This document shows, in pieces, positions 50,851-62,141 of a stretch of DNA of 64,000 bases. This DNA comes from Phoronis australis (Eukaryota > Animalia > Phoronida): the NCBI GenBank assembly GCA_002633005.1, contig NMRA01000102.1, forward strand, positions 602,345 through 666,344, read 5' to 3'. The notes under the pieces were generated by a model that was given only the letters and a program-made list of their open reading frames with translations, was not told where the DNA came from and searched no databases. Position numbers and translations under genes: made by a program. Positions within the stretch are counted from its first letter, which is position 1. The number at the start of each line of letters is the position of its first letter.

Positions 50851-53762
50851 TTACATTGTAGTTTCTGAATCATTTATCTCAGTGCCGTCGGTGTAATCGT
50901 TACACCCAGTCTTAGAGAATTCCCGCTGACGGTCAGCGAAAGATGACGCACGATCGGAGCTCTTTTTCCTCGAAAATAACTCCCGGTATTTCAAAAATAT
51001 AGTTTTTCTGCAGATGTGAGCAAGGAATATGACGAATCCTTGCAGTGAGTTGAAGATGATGAATAGATACCATAGCACAATACTTTCAGTAAGAGCTCCT
51101 AAGTACCCAAATACCCACGTGCTTGCCATAACAGTGAAAAGTTTAACTGTTATCACAAGCACGCGGTTATTTTCACCGTTGTTCTTGTCATGTTTTCTAA
51201 CTTGCCGCTTGATTCTTATAAACTGGATAACCGTCATTACGATAAAAATGATATTAAGGAATGCGATAATAGCTAAGGGCATCGCAAAACCATAAGTAAT
51301 TGATTCGTAACCGGAAATCCAGCACCTCTCTTCATCTGCGTATTGGAAAGGTATATCAGTGGCGAAATCCAACGTAACGCACGTGGCAATTATCACTAAA
51401 GGGCTCAGTAGAGAATACAGCGTATACTTATAAATTGCATGCGGGGACGCTTGCCGCTTCTCCATAAATTTGTGAAACGTTCTAAAAATACAAAAACACA
51501 TACTGTTCATCCAAAAGAACGCACACATCCACAAGAAATGTTCAACTATAGCTACTGCTTTACATAATACTGGTAATTCAGTACGATCAATTGCAGTTAA
51601 TATTATGAGTTGCGCCATGAAAAGTGTTGTAGCGAGGTTCATCATAATTTGACCAGGCAGTGTTCGAAGTTCCTTAAAAAGTGCGTACGTCAGCACAAAT
51701 ATCGTTAGACCACATAAACTGATCACGTTTCCAGCGATTGTCAGTTTGTACTGAATTTTGTTGTATTTAAAAAACCGAAGAGCAGTCCCATTTGTGAACG
51801 TATTGCACACATACACTGAATTGCCTTGAATGAAGTAGTCACCTGGCTGAAACGATAAACCAGAGTTTACATATACAATGCCGTCTTTCACTTCATACTC
51901 GCCATCTGTGTATGTGATCAATGGACACTTAAAATAGAAGGAATCATTGGCAGTAATGGTATTATTCAACGAAGCATTGTTCAAGCTCGTAATATTCATA
52001 GCTCCTTGACCACACGACCCATCAATCATTCTATATTCCTTCGGTGGACAAACTGATGGCCGACATTTCTGTGCCTGCTGGTCGTAGATTCTGTCTTCGG
52101 AACATTTTAGAGAGGACCCACTTATCTTGGGACTAAATTCGTCACTTAGCCCTGTGAAATCCATTAGATGAGAAAAACTATAAGCCTTTGCAGTGGGGAC
52201 TGAACGGGGATCAAAACAAAATAACCTTGGCCAGCCTCCAACTGGACAACGCGCAAATTGTAACTTATCACTATTGTTAGTATCTGGAAAGTAGTCTGAG
52301 AAATACATGTAAGACGAACATTCCGTTGCATTACTTGGGCAACGATTCGTGCATTCTGTGCTATTGGGTTCTACCCGTACATTGCAATGGTGAGTGAGCG
52401 ATGGTGCAATAACGAATAATTGAATATACCCTGACTTGTAAATCGATCGTACCCGTGCTGTGCCGGTGTGATTTTGCACAAGGTAATTCAAGATGATTGT
52501 TTTCTCTTCCTGTGTCATCCATTCATAGTCAGGTTTAAAGGCGATGCCGGTTTTCCAAAATGCTCCTTTTCTGAGGATTTGAGACACGTCAGCACGATGA
52601 CAGACTGCGCAANCACTTCATACTCGCCATCTGTGTATGTTATCAATGGACACTTAAAATAGAAGGAATCATTGGCAGTAATGGTATTATTCAACGAAGT
52701 ATTGTTCAAGCTCGTAATATTCATAGCTCCTTGACCACACGATCCATCAATCATTCTATATTCCTTCGGTGGACAAACTGATGGCCGACATTTCTGTGCC
52801 TGCTTGTCGTAGATTCTGTCTTCGGAACATTTTAGAGAGGACTCACTTATCTTGGGACTAAATTCGTCACTTAGCCCTGTGAAATCCATTAGATGAGAAA
52901 AACTATAAGCCTTTGCAGTGGGGACTGAACGGGGATCAAAACAAAATAACCTTGGCCAGCCTCCAACTGTACAACGCGCAAATTGTAACTTATCACTATT
53001 GTTAGTATCTGGAAAGTAGTCTGAGAAATACATGTAAGACGAACATTCCGTTGCGTTACTTGGGCAACGATTAGTGCATTCTGTGCTATTGGGTTCTACC
53101 CGTACATTGCAATGGTGAGTGAGCGATGGTGCAATAACGAATAATTGAATATACCCTGACTTGTAAATCGATCGTACCCGTGCTGTGCCGGTGTGATTTT
53201 GCACAAGGTAATTCAAGATGAATGTTTTCTCTTCCTGTGTCATCCATTCATAGTCAGGGTTAAAGGCGATGCCGGTTTTCCAAAATGCTCCTTTTCTGAG
53301 GATTTGAGACACGTCAGCACGATGACAGACTGCGCAATAAATATTCCTGAAGGAGTAGAATCTACCATCTCTCAAGAATCCGTTAACGGGCACAATCTGA
53401 AACACGTCGTCTTTGCCTCTACTGTGGCACTTGCTGGTAACATCACCGTTGGTAAAATCATCAGGACAGCGCGAGATAACTCTACTACGGAAAGGGTAAA
53501 TGGTGTAATCTAATGTCAGACATTGTGTGTAGATGTTGATTGACGTAAACTTTGTTGCACTTGGTTTGTAATCGTGACAACAATCACCGAAGTCGGTACA
53601 AAACAGATCACAATAACACACTTGTTTTTGACGGTTCCGCCTATCTGCCACGAAAGGAGATGAGCACGACATACCACAGGCTTGATACAACGATGGCTTA
53701 GAAGGTTGAGAATCACAGGAAACGCCACACGTCTGGAACACTGAAAACATAATAAGTCTCAT
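50851..53762 (-). CDS. Class-B (secretin/adhesion/Methuselah-like) 7TM GPCR with somatomedin-B and Cys-rich ectodomain; ~728 aa after removing the duplicated block
   Basis: CYCDLFCTDFGDCCHDY (SMB), FRNIYCAVCH, then 7 hydrophobic helices with ELRTLPG..MNL, CKAVA..HFLW..FFWMN, CWI, WVFG and FNSLQG. 2912-725=2187 nt stays in frame. The true start may be in an upstream exon (phase-1 acceptor ttttcag| at 53741). Confidence 0.9.
51889..53337. repeat. 724-bp tandem duplication separated by a single N (probable haplotype-overlap assembly artefact)
   Basis: 51889-52612 and 52614-53337 differ at about 10 positions; N at 52613. Confidence 0.9.
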
Positions 53763-56211
53763 AATACGTATAAGCAGGAAGATTTATCTCTTCCTGGTAT
53801 AACTTAGTTGTGTACCTTGAAACAGCATTGAGCAAGGAATTGAAATTGTTTGTGACCTTGAAACCACGACACCAAAGACGTTTATACCAGACCAAATTTA
53901 AATATATAACGTAGACATTTGCGACCATGCGTAAGCCTAGACGATAATTGCCATCAACATCAGAACTGCATTCCGAAGACGCAAGACACTCCCGAAAAAG
54001 AAGGACACTGCAACTCTAGACAAAATCACGCTACCGAAAGGCGGGAGCTTCGGGAGAACGCTCGGGACCCTACTCGTGTGTGTCAACAAAATGGCATTCA
54101 TTAAAGTGAGCAAAAGGCAAGTTTAAAATGCCGAATTATAGAATTCTCTATTACCGTACCCTCAGCAAAAGTTTCTCGTTGCAAGTGCCTCGCGTGCGCT
54201 TAGTAACACGGGCGTCAGGCTGCCTTTTATGAGAAGTTTCACTTTTCGTCATTTCAAGCAAAGCCTTGGTATACAAAATGTGTGATGATCACAGGTTGCC
54301 GATGAATTATTAGGTTTTTAGGAATGTTTATCAGTTTCATGTAAGGTACAAGGTTACAACAAGGGAGCACAAGGGATCAGAATTGACATTTTAGATAGCT
54401 CACTTTTAAAATTTTAAACTTAAAATTTGAAAGTTAAACGAACTTGATAAACAGCTTCCATTACTTGCAAAAAAAAACTAAAACACCTGACCAAAGCACA
54501 CACCACTGCACACCCAGTTAGCCGGTCTAACCTACTTCTTTTCATAAGCATGCACGCACATAGCCTACAAATGGGGGTGCTAGAATTTTTGAGGATTTTG
54601 ACCCTTTTACTAAAATTTACAGGGTACGTTTAGAATTGTGCACTCGCGAATTTTAGTAGTTACCGCCTTTTTATTGGAATTTTATCTCGTTTTTTCCATT
54701 TTTCGGAGTTTTTGTTTCTCTGAAGCGGACCTGCTTGCCCACTTCGTCAAATGGGGGCTCGTTCGAGGCACCCTGGGTCCGCACATGATAAGGAACAGTA
54801 AGGTTTGGAACATACAAAGATGCTTATAGAAATAACGGGCACAGCACTTGTTGCAATCTGCTTAAAAATGGTAGTTATGATCGTCTCTAGAATGGATCTC
54901 CCGACCTCCCCCCTCCGATATAAGAATTTTTTTTGGTTTTTGCAGCTGATTTATTTTCCTGGTGACGTTTTTTCAATTTCTTTTTTTTAAACCAGTCCTA
55001 GGAGGGGGTTATAGACCCCCAGAATACCCCCATAATTTCGCCTCTGAGTATATTATTAATGTATGTAATGCTTACCACTCTCTTTCTTTTTCATTTTTAT
55101 GAACTACTACTTGTACGCCAGAAATAAATGACATTACAAATTAATAAGTTGACTACATAGTTAAATTATGAGCCAATTGATATATTACACTCTTTGTTAT
55201 TTCTCGCATTTCAGTAACGATCTTGATTTTTAGATATCTGGGGGAAATGGATATCCACCTTTTTATCTTTAATGGATTTCGTCCCATAACTGCGCGGTAG
55301 AAATATAATATCATATAGCCTGCACGTGACGATCTAGCTTGTGTGCATGGGCGGAGCATCACAGAAATAAGTGGGGGATATAGCCTCCCAGCCCCCTATT
55401 GTGCGCCAACCATGACGCTTTTCTAGCCCAGTTCAAGTATAGTGGCTTCATACCGGCATATTAATACATGGAGCTGTGTAGGACCAATATAAAAACAGCA
55501 TGCCAAGTCTACACAATCTGGACCTTTGTTGGACCAATGACTGTACGTGTTGTTGTGGCCCAGTGTTGGCTTATACATGACCAGTCAAGAACCCTTACCT
55601 TGACGTTTACTGGGACAGTGACAAAATGCATCTGAATATTAACGATTTCCGTAATCTCCGTTAACATTTCACCCGAAACCATATAATCACTGGTGTTACA
55701 GGAATCTGTTCAGAAGAGACCGGCAGCTCAGAGCACTTAGCACAGATGAGCGAGGTATCAACAACTGACCATAAGAGCACTTAGAGTCCGCCTCAGTATA
55801 TGCACTGGAAGTCTACCGTTGTCTGCAGTCTGGGTGTGACCCCTGGGGTTCTTACAAGGAGGCCAAAAATGAGCCAGATAAAATATTTGACGTATCGGTA
55901 CTGATTTAGAACGGACAACTGTACTGCACTGAACACCGAATGACCCATGACAGATAAATTATATTCTGCAAAAAGTGTGTGGATGCCGAAGCCTCACGCC
56001 CCGTGTGTGCTCTATGAATTTCCATTGAGAGATTAAATAATTCCGTTGCCTGGTAAGTTTTTAGCAATTAGTTTCTATCTACATCTTTCAGTGATGTTGT
56101 ACCCACCAGTTACCCCACTGAAAACCGAGTTTATTCAGTGGAAATATGTGTTTTTTTCAGAAACTCACCAGGGAACCGGATGATAGGCCAGCAGCAAATA
56201 TTCACATATTG

Positions 56212-56679
56212 CCCTGGGTGGGAGTGCCCACAATATAAAAGGTGTATGGGACGTGCCACTCAGAAGTCAAGGGTGACTTTTTCACAGCAGTTAATATTCA
56301 TACTCTATGTCCAATAAAATTATCTAGATTGATGCATTTCCTTATTTTATAGCGGTCCCCACCCCCAAGACTACGACATTAGTTACCGAATTAACATGAA
56401 TGAGCTATTCAGTAAATTCGTAACATTGCATTGGAATAAATATTGACTCCAAAATAAATTTTATTTGTTGAGATCAGAAACACATATTTTAATCCAGATC
56501 TTAAATAAGGCTTGGGTACAAAGATTATCAATTCTACATAAACATGTAAAAATGAAGACGAAATGCCAAGTGGGTTCTGCCTTACAAGAGTGATTTTGCC
56601 TTGTGTTTCCTTTGATAATTTGCTAATATTTATCTGACAATTCTGTTACAGGTGAGAGGATATGACTTAAACCAGCCGC
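56212..56679 (+). repeat. Terminal segment of a non-autonomous DNA transposon (CCC-terminated); may extend to ~57715
   Basis: ccctgggtgggagtgcccacaatataaaggtgtatgggacgtgcc start; inverted homologue at 41610-42133. Confidence 0.8.
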
Positions 56680-57089
56680 CTTACGATCTATTTTACCTTT
56701 CGACAAAGTGAAAAGCAGTCCTTCACCAATAACCCGAGAGAATTGAACCTCTCAATTCAGAAAGTCAGCCCTTGATATGGACTCTGTTGCATTGCGAAGA
56801 TTACAATTGTTTTTAACGATGTTGTTCCAATGTGTATGCATGTGGTTTTTCAATTTGCCATTATATTTATAGACTGATTATTGTTTCTTCTCGAATATTG
56901 TGAATAGCTTACTTCCCCTTGTAGAAGCACTCATTTCACGCAATCTCAGATTCAGTTGGCATAGCCCGCAAGCCCTTTCACCATGTATTTAAAGGGCTCG
57001 CGAAAACCAGGTTGCTTAATCTATCACATCTACTACACGCGCACCGTCTAATAATGTAAAAATGATATAGCCCCATTGTTAACTGTGGC

Positions 57090-57573
57090 ATCTTGAATGT
57101 ACATGTATGAGCTAGCTCATTTTGAGGGGTCCTTTAAGTGTTTCTGGTGAACCATTTCCAGGGTGCAATTTGTCTGTCATGGGTGATTCGCTGTTCATTG
57201 CGGTACTATTGTTCGTTTGAAATCAGTTTTAGGTGGTTACTCGATTATTTAATCTAGATCAAATTTCCAATGCATGCCATGATTTACATTTGGGGGGGGG
57301 GGGNNNNNNNNNNNNNNNNNNNNNNNNNNNNNNNNNNNNNNNNNNNTTCTGGCGGGCACAACACAGAGTGTATTTTATTTTCTCTGTCATGAGGCATTTA
57401 GTGGTCAGTGATATGTACATTGTATAGAATCACCTGGAATTGTTTTTGTGGTACTTAGAATGTATGAGTCACCTCATTTTTGAGGGGTACTTTTTTGTTT
57501 CTGCCAGAGCCATTCTATAGTGCAATTTGCCTGTCATGGGTCATTCTGTGTTCAGTGTGGTACAACTGTACGT
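57090..57573 (+). repeat. Diverged ~125-bp direct repeats flanking a poly-G run and gap
   Basis: 57090-57216 and 57452-57573 share gaatgta..tgag..ctcatttt.gaggggt...gtgcaatttg.ctgtcatgggt. Confidence 0.75.
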
Positions 57574-58989
57574 GCCTTCAACTCGAATGGGTATTTTGCC
57601 CTCTGAATACCCCTTTTCCATGTCCGAAGGGCTCAGGTAGTAAATTTTGGGTCTAGATTTTGAATTTGCGACAACCCCCCGTATTCATTAGGAAGCGTCA
57701 TGAACCACCAGAGCACAGATGATTTCTTCCCGTTTGGGCTTACTTGAATCTCGGCGATTGTTCAGGACCCAGTGTAAAAAGACTTGTTTCTTGAAATATA
57801 ACACACATCATAATCCGAACAACTTTAGCTTGGTTGCAGTTAGTTCAGCCTTGGTCATTTTTTCAACCGCGGACTTTCGAAATAGCCGCACTATGTTGAA
57901 ATTCGCTAACCCGCCAGACGGTTATCAGGTCTTTGGTGGACAGCCGTTCAGCGCCACCTACATGTACATGTACAAATGTCATGCAATGCGGACGGGAGAG
58001 TTCAATCTACTGATATGAACAGCGTTTTAACCCCCTTCCTGCTATTATAATCACGACGACAAATTTCCATTGCTGTGCTGTGGGGTGTACAAATATCTTA
58101 CGAAAACGGCAAATCTTTTGAAATATCACTGAATGAAAAAAGACATCATGTTCTGTCCCACTGCGAAGAAGTATCCACTGACCAAGGCAATAGCTGAAGC
58201 TGACAAAGCGTGAGATTTTCGGTGTCAAAAAGCTAAAACAAATTAGTGACTTACACTAATCAAACAACAGGAGGATATGACAGTAGAAATTTCTTTCAAA
58301 TGAATGAGCCATTATGTACATACAGTACTTGAATTTCGCTCCACCAAATCTGAGTCGGGATCATGCAGAAGTCACTTTTGTGCTCTCATTAATCTAGAGA
58401 GCACCAGTACGAAAATCCCATTACTCAAGGAGGCGCAAGCCGCCGTTTTGAGCTTCAACTTGATGGTTAAAGATGCTTAATAATTCCGGCAAGGAGAATA
58501 ACCCAATATTGTCAGAGCCTAGACAGTTCTGTCAAAATTTTGTCGAGTTTACTTTGAAGTGTACTGCAAGGCCGAGAATGCCGAGAATGGCCTACTCAAA
58601 TTTATGCATTTTTCTGTAACATTACTCAGATCATAAGATCGCTGGACCAGCTGATCAATTCGAAGAACATACAAATGTCTAGAAAAACAGAGCGAAAAGA
58701 CATGTTAGTGTGCCCGCCTTGATACTGCCATTATTTATTCATTGTTTTTTAATATATGTAAGTGTGGATGAAATTATAAAAAGACCGGTCACAATGTATC
58801 TAGTAATAAAAGCGAATAATAAAATTTGCGTGAAGAATATCGGCCGGGGACGTGAAGTCGTGCGACAAAGTAAACCAAATTGGTGGAAATACGGATGATA
58901 TTGAGTGTTTGTGGGGATTGAGGATGGGGTGACAGCAAGTTCTTTTTTGTTCTCGATGTATTTAAATAATCGTGAAAGAGAGTTGAAGA

Positions 58990-59755
58990 CCAACAAGTAT
59001 GCTTATTAAGAAGACTGAACTGTATTGTGAAATAGGAACTAGTAATCAACAAGCCACGTACCATAAATTGTGATGTTCAGAAAAGGAGGTTACTTGTGCA
59101 ACAGAAAACGGATCTATTACCAAAGAACGAATCGGCGTTGAATTTAGTTACAAATATTTGAGAAATATTTTAATACGACAGGTTGCAAAACAAAGAGTCA
59201 ATCAAATTTACCTGACCAGGCACGAAATGTTTATTTTTGTTGAAAAAGTATGTCTCAATTTAAGTGTTCCGGTTGATATGTATTATTTAATTATGTGAGG
59301 TTTTCATAATACAATCAATGTTGTAAATTTCTCTGACAAGTTCAGCAGCTAGAGAGGAGGTAGGAACGCGTAACATGGTGTCAATTAGATGATCAAAGAT
59401 TAGCAAATACTGGTTGAATATGTTGAAATTGAATGCTGATAGATATCCCACCACACATGTTATAAGATTCAATATGAATTTACTGAAACAAGTCGCGACA
59501 ACTGTCTTTATATCTAAAGCTTGCTGTACCGGACAGGGCTTAGAATTGTATGGTCAGACAAGGATTTATTTAGGTGCGAAATTAAACAAAGATGCATTGA
59601 CGCAGACCAACAACAATGGCTGCATGGAATAGAAATAAAATGGACTAATTTTTGAAGCATATGCCAGTTTCTAGAGGAGGGCGTTTAATTTTAGATCTTG
59701 TACAGTTTACGTGTTCAAAGCGTCTAATAGAAATCAAAACTGGCAAGCACTGAGG
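58990..59755 (+). pseudogene. Decayed non-LTR retrotransposon (L2/Crack/CR1 group) RT C-terminal region
   Basis: IVMFRKGGYL, SYKYL, SKYWLNMLKLNADRYP, IKQRCIDADQQQW and IEIKTGKH across frameshifts. Confidence 0.7.
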
Positions 59756-59920
59756 TATCGCTAAAGAACAGCCTTTCGTCTCTGGGTGTACTGGTCCTAT
59801 TGAGTATTTAAGGCGCGTGCATGATGGTCTTGGGAGAATGGCATTGATCATGATGTTAAAAACTTAGACAGCGACCGTTTCATTTATTTGATGGACTACT
59901 GCTATTTTTGGAAATTAGTT

Positions 59921-62141
59921 GTTTTGTATTGAAACCCCCTCGACCTCCACTCCCCTCGACCCCCTCGACCCACGACCTGTGGTAAAAGAGGTGCGCTTTT
60001 TACATATTTCATAATCTTATTACGTCACCGGGCGGCTTCCCGTAAGACTTACCTACACGCGAGTCTGCTCTGTCTGAAGTCTGGTGTTTGAAAACAGAAA
60101 GTGCCTTGAAAACGCCGGTGGTCTTGAACAGCCCTTTTCGAGCTCGCCATCGTTGTCATGGAAATAGTTCCACTAGCGGCTCTAAATGGCACTGTTCTAA
60201 TAAACTTAGGGAGAGAGTATGTTAAGGTTATGTCCAACCTTATTAACATTAACAAAAATTGGCCATTTTTACAATATTTCACTTATGTCTAGCAAAATAG
60301 CGGTACCTTATCATCATTCTCGGGGAACTTCAAATACAAAATATATAACGCGTAGCGAGAAAAGATTTTGCAGAACCACCTTGGAACCGCACAGCCGCGA
60401 GGATATTTGTTTACTACTTATTAAAAGTCAAAGATTAAAGGGCTTTCAATTAAATCGAATCTCCCGCCAGGTACAGAACAGCTTCCTATACCCTCGATCA
60501 GTCCTTTCATTCGCAAAAGTTGCCATTACATTAAGCCAACGAGGTGTACTTATGATAAAATAGTGCCGGGGAAAACGAAAACAAAACGTAGTTTTGATGC
60601 TAAGAGAGATGTGCGTCTACATGCATACAATGTACAACCGTTGGCGTTGAAAACGAAAGCTACGAGTCGCCTCAAGCCTCTGTCGTCATGAACACAGAAT
60701 GTTGTGAAAAGAGATAAATCCTCACCCTAATTCCTTAATTCAGTTAATAATTTGACATTTCGAAGTTTCGATCTCATGCTAACGACACCGATTCGATTTT
60801 TGTAATCCATTTCATACTTGGTTTCGTATCAGCCTCCCAGCACGTGACGTGCACAGGCTAGGAACTGTGACCTACTTAGAAAGTAGGGCGCAAACAACAG
60901 TAAAGTTGGCTGGGAACAATGCGTCTGTTTGAGGTTTTAAAGATATTTAAATCAGTTACGTACTGCAAAATCAGTTGACATTGCGAGTGAACGTTGAAAT
61001 AGCTAACACTGTATGGGTTATGTATACCGAAAACACATTTTCACCGAATAATTAACCGAAGACTTTGAGATTTTCCGAAGACTTGTCCCAGTTTAATCGG
61101 CTTTTCTCGGCTTCGGCAAATCGACTTTATTTGAATTTAGGAACACTTCTAGTTCTCGAAAACGGCTTGGTGATGATCGCTGAAACTTACCGAACATAAT
61201 ATTTAGTCAATTATCTCAAAAATGCTATTAAGATTTTTTATATAAATGCCTAGTTTTTGCGTAATGTGACAGAGATTAATACGACTTCATTTTTTGACAA
61301 AAATACAGTACGTTTTGCGAGTTGATTTGTCATAGAAACCAAACGAACAGACTAACCGAAAATTCCTAACAGCGTTTTTGGGGGTAACTGGTGAAGTTTT
61401 CATTCATAAAAGATTAACTAAAATCGACCGTGGGGTTATTTTGCTATGAATGTACCTTTCTAAAAATGAAATGTTGACTTAAAAAGGTTTTACGTAAAAA
61501 TGATAATGACACATTATTCAAAAAATATGTTTGTATTTCCTGGTCTTCGTTCTTTCAAAAATATACACTTTTAATAATTGACAAAGCTTATTTTTATATA
61601 TGAATTAGAATGGAGGCCATCAAATAAGGTTGGAGATAACCTTAACGCGAATGTACATAATTTCATATTTTTATTATTTACTTTACAGTGATGCTGATTT
61701 ACACTGTACACGCACTCCATATAACGTCTAAATACTTTTTAGTCAAACTTTTTACTGGTAAAATCAGTTTGTCGGTTCCTCGCACTCTGCAATTCACTGA
61801 AGAGCAGACCAGACGATTACACTCTGCTAAGGAACGACTTTGTAAGGTTAATAGGTCTTAAATTTGATTTGGTCGCGTTATTTTTTCCTGTTTTTGGCTT
61901 TTAAACATTCTGAATCGACTACCTCAATTGCAAAAAAAAGGAAAAGCAAGAGGAGCTCACTTTCCAATGCATTGGTCCTACAAATCAGCGCTTGTTCTAT
62001 GTTCAGTTCGAGTCGAGCTTGTGTAGAATGGGTTGACGGGGTTGTGGGTCGAGGGGATGGACGGTCGTGGGTCGTGGGTCGAGAAAGTTGTGGGTCGAGG
62101 GGTTGAGGGGTGTGGGGGTCGAGGGGGTTTGAAAACAATCC
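59921..62141. mobile_element. Non-autonomous MuDR/Mutator-like element with cgaccc-array TIRs
   Basis: Left gttttgtattgaaaccccctcgacc..., right rc ggattgttttcaaaccccctcgacc...; 9-bp flanks aaattagtt (59912-20) and taattagtt (62142-50), 8/9 identical. Confidence 0.75.

Noticed and set aside
42133-56212. Composite transposon capturing the GPCR between the 41610-42133 and 56212-56679 inverted repeats
   Set aside because: The termini face the intervening DNA and the element bodies extend outward, so these are two separate copies, not the ends of one element.
61771-61840. Hammerhead-like CUGAAGA with stem gcaga/tctgc and gttcct/aggaac closure
   Set aside because: The GAAA core is replaced by TAA and stem I does not abut CUGA, so the catalytic core is incomplete.
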